Below are positions 15,637 to 24,074 of a stretch of 24,143 nucleotides of DNA, piece after piece. The first letter of the stretch is position 1, and every line of letters starts with the position of its first letter. Source of the stretch: a virus (taxonomy: Duplodnaviria > Caudoviricetes). The position numbers were made by a program, and so were the translations under genes. The stretch lies in IMG/VR virus record IMGVR_UViG_3300037479_000209, positions 1 through 24,143 of that record; one strand, 5' to 3'. Under the pieces are notes generated by a model that made no database searches, was not told where the DNA came from, and worked only from the letters and a program-made list of their open reading frames with translations.

Positions 15637-16191
15637 ATGTATCTTCCGCTCAATCAGGTCAAAATGGCGCTCGGCATCCATCAGGCCGATACTGATGATG
15701 ATGGATATGTGAGCGATTTGCTCATGTCGGCGCAGTCGGCGATTGAAACGTATTGCGGCCGCTCGTTCGAGGCGGCGACGGCGACGCGCCGGTATGGTGT
15801 GTCGTCGCTACAGGTGGCTGATGGTCGTACGTATCTGCGTCTCGACGCCGATTTGATCAGCGTCACGGCGCTGATGAACGGCGACGGGTCGACGATCAGC
15901 CTTGCACAGTTCCTGCTTTTGACGCCGAATATTCCGCCGTATTGGGGTATTCGGTTGAAAGACGGGCTTGCCTGGACGTTTCCGGGCCTGGATGCTGAGG
16001 TGTCCGTCGCTGGTAGCTGGGGCTATAGCGTGACGCCGCCTGGCGCGGTTGTGCAAGCGACACGTGAGTTTGTGCATTTCCTCTACCATTCTCTTGATCA
16101 ACGGCGCAATCTCAAGGCCGGGGCGCAGCGGTCCGATGTGCTGCCGGAGCATGTGGCCCGGCTGCTGGAGCCGTTCGTGAGGCGGTTCTGA
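15637..16191 (+). CDS. Head-tail connector/adaptor (gp6/gp15-like)
   Basis: YLPLNQVKMALGI...DDD...IETYCGRSF...WGY...P..VVQA...LLEPF. Confidence 0.8.
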   Translation: MYLPLNQVKMALGIHQADTDDDGYVSDLLMSAQSAIETYCGRSFEAATATRRYGVSSLQVADGRTYLRLDADLISVTALMNGDGSTISLAQFLLLTPNIPPYWGIRLKDGLAWTFPGLDAEVSVAGSWGYSVTPPGAVVQATREFVHFLYHSLDQRRNLKAGAQRSDVLPEHVARLLEPFVRRF

Positions 16192-16973
16192 TGGGCGCCT
16201 GGTATCTCATTCGTGGGTATGATGATGATGGGACATTAGCATTGGCGGATGTCTCGGTCACAGTTGATCCGCCGCCGGTTGCGCCGCCGCCGGTTGAGCA
16301 TGTGCTGATTCGTCCGGCGTTGGGTCATGGTGGGATGTATGCGCGTTCGCGGGTAGGGCCGCGTGAGATCACGCTGCAGTTTGATACACATCGGCGCGGA
16401 ACGGCGCTGACGAAGCTGCGCGCTGCGCTGCAGCGGTATTGTCGCCTGGAAGGGGGGGTGGTTCGGCTGCGTTATGCCGGCGCGCTGCGGACGATTGAGA
16501 TCGACGTGTACTACGTCGATGGTCTGGATCGTCTTGCGCTGCGGTTTATTGCGCCCGATCCACGTTGGCGTTTGTCGTTAGCTGAGGGTGAGACAGAGCC
16601 CGGTGGTATCTGGCAAGATATCATTCCGGTCGGCACAGCGTTTACGTATCCGACGTTGCAGATTGCCGGACCAGGTACGGTCACAGCGCTGACGATGAGT
16701 CCTGATTTGCTGCCTGGTGGAGCGTTGTTTTTTCCGGGTCTCACGCTGGCTTCCGGCGAAATACTACATTGTGTTCCTGAGCAAATGCGGTTCTACACGA
16801 CGGGAGTTGGGGCGCGTCAGGCGCTGTCGTACCTCGCGCCTGGGAGTAAGCCGTCGTTGTTCTACTTTGTCCCTGGTACACCTATCACACGAGGCTATGC
16901 GGTATCTTCCGGCATGATTGTATCGTGCGCCTACATTCCGCGCTATTGGTCCTGGGAGGACGCCGATGTATGA
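16191..16973 (+). CDS. Distal tail protein (Dit)-like
   Basis: GG.YARSRVGPREITLQF, FIAPDPRW, YPTLQIAGP; TGATG coupling to the connector gene. Confidence 0.6.
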   Translation: MGAWYLIRGYDDDGTLALADVSVTVDPPPVAPPPVEHVLIRPALGHGGMYARSRVGPREITLQFDTHRRGTALTKLRAALQRYCRLEGGVVRLRYAGALRTIEIDVYYVDGLDRLALRFIAPDPRWRLSLAEGETEPGGIWQDIIPVGTAFTYPTLQIAGPGTVTALTMSPDLLPGGALFFPGLTLASGEILHCVPEQMRFYTTGVGARQALSYLAPGSKPSLFYFVPGTPITRGYAVSSGMIVSCAYIPRYWSWEDADV

Positions 16974-18375
16974 GGTGTGGGTCGCATCGCCGGCTGGGAC
17001 GCGAACGGCGATCATCTCCGACGATGGGCTGGAACGCCCGGTGTTCTCGCGCCTGACCTACACGCGCACTGAGAACCAGATCACTGAGCTGACGCTGACG
17101 ATGCCATACCGTGACGACCTGGTCGCGCTGTTTCCACTCGATGCGCGGCTGGAAGTGTACCGTGACGGTACACTCGACGGTGAAACACAATGGTTTGTGC
17201 GTGTGCCGCCGAAACTGTTCTATGACGCGCGAGGCGCATTGCTGGTTGAAGTCAAAGCGCTGTGCGCGCTGTATCTGCTTTCGGGCCGGATTGTCGCCTA
17301 TGCTGCCGGGAGTAGTCAGTCAGTGAAGACCGGGCCGGCGGACAACCTGATGAAAGCGCTCGTACGCGAGAACCTGGGGAGTCTGTCGGTTGCCGATCGT
17401 AATCTATCGGCCTATCTGGATGTCCAGGCTGACTCCTCGCAGGGCGCGAGTGTCCACAAGACCATGCCGCGCCGGAATGTGTTGCTGGTTTGTCAGGAAT
17501 TGGCGCGGGCCTCGGCCCAGTCCGGGAAGCCGATCTTCTTCGACGTGGTCTGGAATGGGAGTACGTTCGATTTCCGCACCTATCTTGACGTGCGCGGGGC
17601 CGATCATCGCACGACGTCGGCCTCGCCGGTGGTGTTATCGCCGGAGTTTGGTACGCTGGCTGATTCGTCGCGGTCGTTCGATCATCGAGAAGAGATCACG
17701 GTTGTGTATTGCGCGGGCCAGAACACTGGCGCAGATCGAGTGATTGTCTCTGTGGCCGACGATACGCGCCGGCTGGCGTCGCCGTTCAACCGGCGTGAGA
17801 TGTTTGTCGATGCGCGCTATCTGGCCCTGACATCGCAGTTGGCCACAGAAGCCGATGGCGCGCTGTGGCGTCGTCGTCCGGTACAGCAGTTGAGTGGAAC
17901 CATTCAAAGCACGCCGGATTGTCAGTATCGTGTGCATTGGGGCTGGGGTGATCTGCTGGCGGCTGAGTTCAACGGCGAGATTTTGAGCGTGCGGGTGCAT
18001 TCGGTAACGGTCGAGGTCGCCGATGGGGTCGAGCGGGTGACGGCGCAGCTGCGGGCGGATTCGACGGAGGCCGATAGCGCGGTACGCCGGATCGAGGGGC
18101 AGCTTGACTCCGGCGCCGCTGAGGAACTGCCGGTGTTTGCGACGGCTCCGACTGATGGGGCTGTGCCACGCGCTGCGACCGGCAGCACGACGATTGCCGA
18201 TGGCTGGCTCTCGGCCAATATCGTACGCTATAGCAATCTCGCCGGTCCGTCGTTCACAATCGTGAATGCGTCCAGCGAGCGCTATCTTGATGGCGATACC
18301 ACTGATACCACCGATGTTGCGAAGGTCTTGAGCGCGCTGATCAGTGATCTCAAAGCGCGTGGAATCGTGCCGTGA
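16966..18375 (+). CDS. Gp37-like (ReqiPepy6-type) siphovirus tail tip/hub protein
   Basis: GADHR...VVLSPEFGTL, TVVYCAGQ.TGADR, RREMFVDAR, Y..HWGWGDL motifs; GGAGG RBS before ATG 16966. Confidence 0.75.
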   Translation: MYEVWVASPAGTRTAIISDDGLERPVFSRLTYTRTENQITELTLTMPYRDDLVALFPLDARLEVYRDGTLDGETQWFVRVPPKLFYDARGALLVEVKALCALYLLSGRIVAYAAGSSQSVKTGPADNLMKALVRENLGSLSVADRNLSAYLDVQADSSQGASVHKTMPRRNVLLVCQELARASAQSGKPIFFDVVWNGSTFDFRTYLDVRGADHRTTSASPVVLSPEFGTLADSSRSFDHREEITVVYCAGQNTGADRVIVSVADDTRRLASPFNRREMFVDARYLALTSQLATEADGALWRRRPVQQLSGTIQSTPDCQYRVHWGWGDLLAAEFNGEILSVRVHSVTVEVADGVERVTAQLRADSTEADSAVRRIEGQLDSGAAEELPVFATAPTDGAVPRAATGSTTIADGWLSANIVRYSNLAGPSFTIVNASSERYLDGDTTDTTDVAKVLSALISDLKARGIVP

Positions 18376-18376
18376 T

Positions 18377-18685
18377 CTACGTGGTGCGGTTCATCCTGAC
18401 CGGCAGCTCCATCCTCCGTCCCGGCTGCAGGTTCGCCGCAATCTCAACTTCCCACGTGGTATACCCCGGCGCTTCAACGCGGATCTGATGCCGTTGTTGA
18501 TCAGACGGGATCGTGAATGTGGTTGCGCTCATGCGTTTGCCGCCGACGTGGATCGCCGACGGCGTGAGCGGCTGGCCGGTGGCCGCATCAGTGATGACGA
18601 TTTCGACGGTGAAGTTGTTCGCCGGCGTCGCGCTGCAACCGGCGATGATTGCGAGGGTGATCAAGAGCATGGTCAGACGTCGCAT
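18377..18685 (-). CDS. Lipoprotein with PEGA-like domain
   Basis: Signal peptide with lipobox IAG-C; HQIRVEAPGYTTW; GAGGAG RBS. Confidence 0.75.
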   Translation of the reverse strand: MRRLTMLLITLAIIAGCSATPANNFTVEIVITDAATGQPLTPSAIHVGGKRMSATTFTIPSDQQRHQIRVEAPGYTTWEVEIAANLQPGRRMELPVRMNRTT

Positions 18686-18709
18686 TGTGTGGCTCCTCGT
18701 GTGTTGGGG

Positions 18710-19318
18710 TTACACCGTCTCCTGTACGTTCTGTGGTGTGGCTTCGTGTGTGGTCTGCGTAGCGGGCGCCGGCGCGCGATACGTCTGCGCTTGCTGCAGG
18801 GTGTTGAACAGTTTGCTTGCCCGCATCCAGCTGCCCCCGCCTTTGCTCGTCACGTGTGGGAAGGCGCGTAAGATAGCGGCTTCTTTCGTCGGTTCTTCTT
18901 TGGACATGTACAGACGTACGGCCTCAAGAGTCCACGCTAGTTCTTCGGCATTCACCGGCATATCATGTGCCGGGGCCGACTGCGTAGCGGGCGCAGCGGG
19001 TGGATCATTCGAACGCTCCGGACGAACCTCCGAACCTTCCGAACGCGAACCCGAACCCGCCGAACCCGCGAACGTGCCGTCAGGACGCCGAATCGGATGA
19101 CGAACGGACGCCGAACGCGGCGAACGCGGCGCTGCGGCGCTGCGAACCCGCGAACGTGATGCACCCGACTCGCCAGCCTCGCCGGTTGCGCTGCCCACAA
19201 GTCGACGCCATCCGAGCTTGATGTAGTGGACGGCGTAGAGGAAGCCGATAAACAGCAGGACGAGGACAAACATTACCAGGAAGGTGAGCCATTCGGGGGG
19301 CGCGTTCGGTGGTTGCAT
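18710..19318 (-). CDS. Membrane-anchored protein: TM, low-complexity linker, C-terminal helical (HTH-like) domain
   Basis: WLTFLVMFVLVLLFIGFLYAV TM; AAGGAG RBS before ATG 19318. Confidence 0.7.
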   Translation of the reverse strand: MQPPNAPPEWLTFLVMFVLVLLFIGFLYAVHYIKLGWRRLVGSATGEAGESGASRSRVRSAAAPRSPRSASVRHPIRRPDGTFAGSAGSGSRSEGSEVRPERSNDPPAAPATQSAPAHDMPVNAEELAWTLEAVRLYMSKEEPTKEAAILRAFPHVTSKGGGSWMRASKLFNTLQQAQTYRAPAPATQTTHEATPQNVQETV

Positions 19319-19319
19319 G

Positions 19320-19826
19320 TCATGTCTCCTTTGTGGCCGCAGATCGGCGGGTCTTGCGGCGCTTGCCGAATAATAACTCCTCGCCCCAGCGGGCGATGAC
19401 ATAGCCGATGATCAGTCCTACAGGCCATGAGATGAGCCATCCGATCATGCGCGCTCCGGCGTTGTCGCCGACGACGGCTCCGGCGAGGACGGTCAACGCG
19501 GTGTCGAGCGCCGCCTGAACACCGCGCCCGGTGTAGATGGCATCCGGCCACAAGAACAGATGATAGGTGCGCGGATAGCGTTCACTCGTGGCAATCTGGC
19601 CGGCAAACAAGATGATCGCGACGACGGCGGCGTACCAATAGGCGTCAGCTCCGCCGCCGATGGTGATGGTGTTGGTTGTCGGAAAAAGCCAGATCAGATC
19701 GGTTGCCCCGATCCGAATGGTTGAGTTGGCCGAATAGGCGATGAATGCGACTCCCAGCGCAATGCGTAAGAACGGGAGTGCTCCGTCGACAAAGGTTCGT
19801 GAGATTGGCGCTTCGTGCGCGCTCAT
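19320..19826 (-). CDS. Multi-pass membrane protein
   Basis: 3-4 hydrophobic segments and a basic tail; GAGGAG RBS. Confidence 0.75.
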   Translation of the reverse strand: MSAHEAPISRTFVDGALPFLRIALGVAFIAYSANSTIRIGATDLIWLFPTTNTITIGGGADAYWYAAVVAIILFAGQIATSERYPRTYHLFLWPDAIYTGRGVQAALDTALTVLAGAVVGDNAGARMIGWLISWPVGLIIGYVIARWGEELLFGKRRKTRRSAATKET

Positions 19827-19992
19827 GCTGTCTCCTCAACCGAGACAGCCGACGTTGGGGCCTGGCGCTGCGCGCCGATGGGGGCGGGTAGGGTACAATG
19901 CGGATTGCGCCGCTCCGCCGATATCGGAGTTGGCCGCGCCGGGTGGCCGTTCGCGCGGCTGCCCGGTTCTAATGTTATTGTAGCATACGTAT

Positions 19993-20063
19993 TAGGGGTC
20001 AGGGGTCAGGGGTCGGGGGTCAGGAACTGCGTTCCATTGTCCGATCCGCGATCCGCGATCCCT
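19993..20063. repeat. Heptamer (AGGGGTC) repeat hairpin
   Basis: Same unit as the 96-bp capsid-flanking elements. Confidence 0.7.
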
Positions 20064-20088
20064 GCTGGGCAAACACACGGGTTCTCCC

Positions 20089-20463
20089 CTACAGGCGTTC
20101 CTCGCGTTGTAATAATCGGCGCGCTTCGGCGGCTTGTTCAGCGGCTGCGCGTTCGCGGCGCCATTGGGCGAAGGCCGGATCGATCTTCTCCAGGTCGAGT
20201 ACGACGGTATAGCGGCTGTCGGGTAACGTTGCCTGGTGTCCGTTCGTTGTTCGTCGTTCGTCGTCGGTGGGCGTATGCGATACGCCCGTACGACCGTCCG
20301 TCGTCGCCGGGTTGTATGGCGGTATCGTCTCGGCCTGGTCGTCGTCGAAGAGTGCATCGATGGCGCGCTGAATATCGGCGCTATTCGCCGGCGTCCAGCG
20401 TAGGCCGCTGCCGGCGGCGAGCGCCTTGAAGTAGTGGATCAAGATGGCGGCTGAATCGGTCAT
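20089..20463 (-). CDS. Hypothetical protein with in-frame REP/heptamer insert
   Basis: AGGAG RBS; insert encodes TTDGRTGVSHTPTDDERRTTNG. Confidence 0.6.
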   Translation of the reverse strand: MTDSAAILIHYFKALAAGSGLRWTPANSADIQRAIDALFDDDQAETIPPYNPATTDGRTGVSHTPTDDERRTTNGHQATLPDSRYTVVLDLEKIDPAFAQWRRERAAAEQAAEARRLLQREERL

Positions 20464-20584
20464 GTGCTACTCCTGGGGCAGACACATTGGTCTGCCCGTA
20501 CTATAATCGCGGTGCGGGGCGCGCCTGGCTACTTCGGCGCAGCTGCTCGACGGGGGCAACGTCGAGCGGCAGCCCCGCCCAGGG

Positions 20585-20797
20585 TTACGGCGTCTCTTCC
20601 TCAATGCGGATGGTGACTCCCGGCACGCCCGATAGCTGCCGCATCAGGTCATACGGATCGTTCTCGGGTGGCATGTCTACGGTTGTCGTGACGCTCCAGC
20701 GCTCGATCTGCAGTGTGGGGATGTGCTGCTGGGCGAACGCGACCACCTGTTCCAATGCGGACGGCGAGTCGGCGGTGATGATCAGGTTTATCTTCAT
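20585..20797 (-). CDS. Small hypothetical protein (ACT/ferredoxin-like pattern)
   Basis: AGGGGG RBS; beta-alpha-beta-beta-alpha-beta periodicity ending LSGVPGVTIRIE. Confidence 0.6.
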   Translation of the reverse strand: MKINLIITADSPSALEQVVAFAQQHIPTLQIERWSVTTTVDMPPENDPYDLMRQLSGVPGVTIRIEEETP

Positions 20798-20805
20798 GGT
20801 TCCCC

Positions 20806-21066
20806 CTACGGCTGTTCGAAGCCGTCACCGGCAAGCGGACGGTCGATGTATCCCTGCCGTTCGTCATCGGGATTGTCGAAACGTGACGGGACGCTGTACA
20901 TGCGCCGTAGTGCAGCGACATGCTTCTGACACAGCGGTAATAGAATCCACTCCCCGCCGCCGCTCGGATCGGCGGTCGCAACCGTGGCCGTTCTACCGCA
21001 TAGCGTGACGCCATCCTCGCCAATGGCTGCGCATGGGAGCGGCGGGTCAATCTTCAGTGCAATCAT
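20806..21066 (-). CDS. Small Cys/His putative Zn-binding protein
   Basis: C...CG...LPLCQKH; ATGA overlap with the upstream gene. Confidence 0.65.
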   Translation of the reverse strand: MIALKIDPPLPCAAIGEDGVTLCGRTATVATADPSGGGEWILLPLCQKHVAALRRMYSVPSRFDNPDDERQGYIDRPLAGDGFEQP

Positions 21067-21386
21067 AGAGCAAGTTCTTTCTGGTCCGGCTGGGTGCGCC
21101 ACCGGTAGGCAATCATGTACCAGGTGGCGCCCTGGTCGTGTTTGGTCCGCTGCTCGTCGGTCGGCTCGGGTATGCGCGTCGCCCCTGCCGGCACGCCGCA
21201 ATGCCGGCAGAAGGTGATCTCCTCGGTCGCCCCGACTCGTGTGCCTCGGCGGGCAATGGTCAGGGTGGTGGTATCGCCACGCACACGTAGCGTGAGCCGG
21301 GCGCCGCCCGGTAGGTCGCTGCGCTGGTCGATGCCGGTGGCCACGGCGCGGCGGTGGAGGTGTTGGTAGAGCAGGTCAAGCTTCAT
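21063..21386 (-). CDS. Hypothetical protein
   Basis: ATGA overlaps at both ends; GAGGT RBS. Confidence 0.7.
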   Translation of the reverse strand: MKLDLLYQHLHRRAVATGIDQRSDLPGGARLTLRVRGDTTTLTIARRGTRVGATEEITFCRHCGVPAGATRIPEPTDEQRTKHDQGATWYMIAYRWRTQPDQKELAL

Positions 21387-21742
21387 GCGCACCTCGCGAT
21401 CAGGGTCTTGGTGACGATCAGCCCACCGGTGATGGGCATGGCGCGCCGGCGTGAGCGGCGGGTGTGGGCCAGCAGCTTAGCAACCAGATCGGCGTAACTC
21501 GGATCGTCGGCCAGCCGGCCCGGTAGCTCCCGCAGCGCGTAGATCACACTCGCATGATTGATAGCTAGCGCTCGGGCGATGCGTGAGGGATACCAGGCGT
21601 AGCGCTCGGTAAGCACGTGGATGATCGCCCAGCGCGCCATGCTGACATCGCGCCGGCGCGCCCCGGTCAGAATATCAATGCCGTCGATCTCGAACAGGTC
21701 GGCGGCGCGGTCGACCAGCATGCAGACAGGATCATAGCTCAT
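21383..21742 (-). CDS. Stand-alone DnaA C-terminal (domain IV)-like HTH protein
   Basis: DILTGARRRDVSMARWAI...RIARALAINHASVIYA parallels the DnaA pattern R...I..ARQ.AM...IG..F..RDHTTV..A. Confidence 0.75.
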   Translation of the reverse strand: MSYDPVCMLVDRAADLFEIDGIDILTGARRRDVSMARWAIIHVLTERYAWYPSRIARALAINHASVIYALRELPGRLADDPSYADLVAKLLAHTRRSRRRAMPITGGLIVTKTLIARCA

Positions 21743-22767
21743 CGATTGGCCTCCCGTTCGCGCCAGAGCCGCTTAAACGCAAGCCGTTCAAGCGCTTGTT
21801 CTTCGGTGGCTCCCAGATACAATTCCTGGATGATGAGATCGATCTCTTCTTCTGCGGCGTCTGCGGGTGCGATGCGCCGGGCTCGCTGGTGGGCTTCTTC
21901 GCCGCTGATCAGCGACTCGCGCTGTGGTTCGGCGCTGGTCGGCGCGGATCGCGGGGGATGGCGTCGCAAGCTTGCCGTGATATTGGCCGGTCGCCAATCC
22001 GGATCGCGTTGGATGTGGGTGACCCGTTGCTTCACTGCGTCGAGGTCGAGATGGGCAAACTCAGCGGCGGCGTCGACTCCCTGCTCAGCGAGGAACTGAA
22101 CGACGGCGGCAGCCGCCGCATGTACATCCGCTGCTGCCGGTACATCCTCTGTTGGTACATCCTCTGTTGGTACATCCATGATCGAAGTGCTATCTGACAC
22201 TTCGATCAAAGTATCAGGTGACACTTCCATGGAAGTGCTAGGTGACATTTTGATCGAAGTGCTGCCTGACACTTCGATCAAAGTGCTATCTGACACTTCG
22301 ATCAAAGTGCTATCTGACACTTCGATCAAAGTGCTATCTGACACTTCCTGTTCAAACAACCACTCGGTCGGCGTGCGCTGAATCACCTCTTCGGCCCAGT
22401 GCGCCGGCACTTCAGCCGGCGCGTCGAGCAGTTCAATGACCGTTCGGTGATGAAAGCGGCGTGCGAGTCCCTCGGGCTTCTCGACACTGATAATGCGGCA
22501 GGCTTCGAGGAGGTCGAGCACCTGGTTGAGCTTGCGAAAGCCGACACGCCCCACTTTCGCATGCTTATGCAGATCAAGCTTGAGTTGATGTTTCCCGCGA
22601 TTCACGAATCGATAGAGCATGGTGAGGATACCAAGCCCTTCGTACCCGAGAATGGGCAGGTAGAGATCAACAACGTAGTTGGGCACAATCGCCCCATTGG
22701 TCAGGTGTCGCCGATCGACGACGACGACCCGGCCACATTCCGTACGGCGGTATGCGGTCTTATGCAT
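21739..22767 (-). CDS. Replication initiator (N-terminal DnaD-like wHTH) containing iterons
   Basis: VPNYVVDLYLPILG...L..LYR...L.LLE...II pattern; internal repeats; GAGGAG RBS favours ATG 22767 (alternative 22809). Confidence 0.8.
   Translation of the reverse strand: MHKTAYRRTECGRVVVVDRRHLTNGAIVPNYVVDLYLPILGYEGLGILTMLYRFVNRGKHQLKLDLHKHAKVGRVGFRKLNQVLDLLEACRIISVEKPEGLARRFHHRTVIELLDAPAEVPAHWAEEVIQRTPTEWLFEQEVSDSTLIEVSDSTLIEVSDSTLIEVSGSTSIKMSPSTSMEVSPDTLIEVSDSTSIMDVPTEDVPTEDVPAAADVHAAAAAVVQFLAEQGVDAAAEFAHLDLDAVKQRVTHIQRDPDWRPANITASLRRHPPRSAPTSAEPQRESLISGEEAHQRARRIAPADAAEEEIDLIIQELYLGATEEQALERLAFKRLWREREANR
22139..22347. repeat. Putative origin: 7 x 24-bp iterons plus 15-bp repeats
   Basis: Consensus GATCAAAGTGCTATCTGACACTTC at 22180-22347 with internal AAGTG-N8-CACTT dyad; GGTACATCCTCTGTT x2.6 at 22139-22177. 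Confidence 0.8.
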
Positions 22768-22825
22768 CCTTCTCCTCTGCATCTGTGTCGCCGGCGTTTC
22801 GGCTTCCATGGTGTTCTCCGCTCAT
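22760..22825 (-). CDS. Putative 21-aa leader peptide coupled to the initiator
   Basis: GGGGAGG RBS 7 nt before ATG; MSGEHHGSRNAGDTDAEEKDA; stop overlaps the initiator start (ATGCATAA). Confidence 0.45.
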   Translation of the reverse strand: MSGEHHGSRNAGDTDAEEKDA

Positions 22826-22862
22826 GATAGAACCTCCCCGATGCCGTCTTGCACGAGCGTGG

Positions 22863-22938
22863 TACAATACGGCTGCTCCCGTTCGGGTCTTTCCCGAACG
22901 CTCGCCCCAATGCCCTGCACGGCTTGGGGCATTTGTTT
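22863..22938 (+). ncRNA. Putative antisense RNA unit opposite the initiator leader
   Basis: TGgTACAAT -10, hairpins 22880-22900 and 22904-22930, T-rich tail. Confidence 0.45.
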
Positions 22939-23100
22939 GGCCACGTCCGGCTGCACCCGGTCAGCGGCGCGTTACTGGTTGATCAGACTCCTTTCTACGC
23001 GGGGTTCGTCCGTCAACGTCCCACGCCCCTGTGTCGCTCTGTTCGCGGCCCAGGGGCGTACTACGTTGTATCGTTCGTGTTCTGAAAAACGAGAGGAGTC

Positions 23101-24039
23101 GTGATGGACCTGGAGCAGTCCATTGACTCAGGGTGTCGGTTGCGGGTCTCGGTGGTGATCGTCGAGACGCTTGATTCGTACGTAGCGTACCTGGCTGGGC
23201 GTAAGGTGCGCCCACGTGCGCGGGATGTCTACCGCCGTGAGGTAGCGGCGTTGGCGCGCTGGATTGGGCCTGATGCGACGGTCGCCGATGTGACGCCGGA
23301 TTTGCTCGGTCGCTACCAGGCGGCTATCGAGCATCTGGCGGCGGCGACGATCGGGAAAAAGCTGTCGGCGATTCGCTCGTGGTGTCGTTGGCTGCAGCGG
23401 GTACGCCTGCGGGCCGATGATCCAACGCTCGATCTGCAGTGGCCACGACGCCGGCGACGGCTGCCGCGTGTGCTCAAGCAGGAGGAGTTGGCGCAGCTGG
23501 AGTCAATTCTAGATCGACCGGCGCCAATCCTGGATGTCAAAGCGCGGCGGTTGTGGTATCGCAATCGCCGAATCGTCTTGTTGATGCTCTATGGTGGCTT
23601 ACGCCGGGCGGAGGTCGCGGGCTTGCGCTGGGCAGATGTCGATCTGGATGCGGCATGCGCGATGGTGCATGAGTCGAGCGCCAAAGGCGGACACGAGCGT
23701 ATCATCTTCCTGCATCAGCGCCTGGTCGCCGATCTGCGCTGCACACCGCTACGGGAGCGGCGGGGCGCGGTGGCCGGGCATCCTGATGGCCGCTGCCTCT
23801 CGCATAAGAGCATCGGACACATTTTTGAGCGCTGGTTGGCCGCTGCGGGCCTGCGCATCAGCGCACACCGACTGCGCCACACCTGCGCGACGGAAATGTT
23901 GCGCGGCGGGGCCGGGGTGCGTGACATTCAGCAGCAGCTTGGGCATGCCGATCTGCGCACGACGGAAGGCTATTTAGACATGCTGACGGAACGCCAACGG
24001 GCGGCGGTACGCGGCTTGCCGGATCGCTTTGGGGGCTAA
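23101..24039 (+). CDS. int: Tyrosine recombinase/integrase
   Basis: Catalytic R (GLRRAE), K (AKGG), HxLR (HRLRH), LGH and Y (TEGY); GAGGAG RBS; next to attR. Confidence 0.95.
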   Translation: MMDLEQSIDSGCRLRVSVVIVETLDSYVAYLAGRKVRPRARDVYRREVAALARWIGPDATVADVTPDLLGRYQAAIEHLAAATIGKKLSAIRSWCRWLQRVRLRADDPTLDLQWPRRRRRLPRVLKQEELAQLESILDRPAPILDVKARRLWYRNRRIVLLMLYGGLRRAEVAGLRWADVDLDAACAMVHESSAKGGHERIIFLHQRLVADLRCTPLRERRGAVAGHPDGRCLSHKSIGHIFERWLAAAGLRISAHRLRHTCATEMLRGGAGVRDIQQQLGHADLRTTEGYLDMLTERQRAAVRGLPDRFGG

Positions 24040-24074
24040 ACGATTCGGATGGGAGCGGGAGGCGAGGGGAGTCG

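Noticed and set aside
19010-19155. CGAAC motifs as LexA/SOS boxes
   Set aside because: They are intragenic direct repeats, not the GAAC-N4-GTTC palindrome, and are not at a promoter.
22180-22347. 24-bp repeats as a CRISPR array
   Set aside because: Units are contiguous with no unique spacers, lie in frame inside the initiator, and no cas genes are present.
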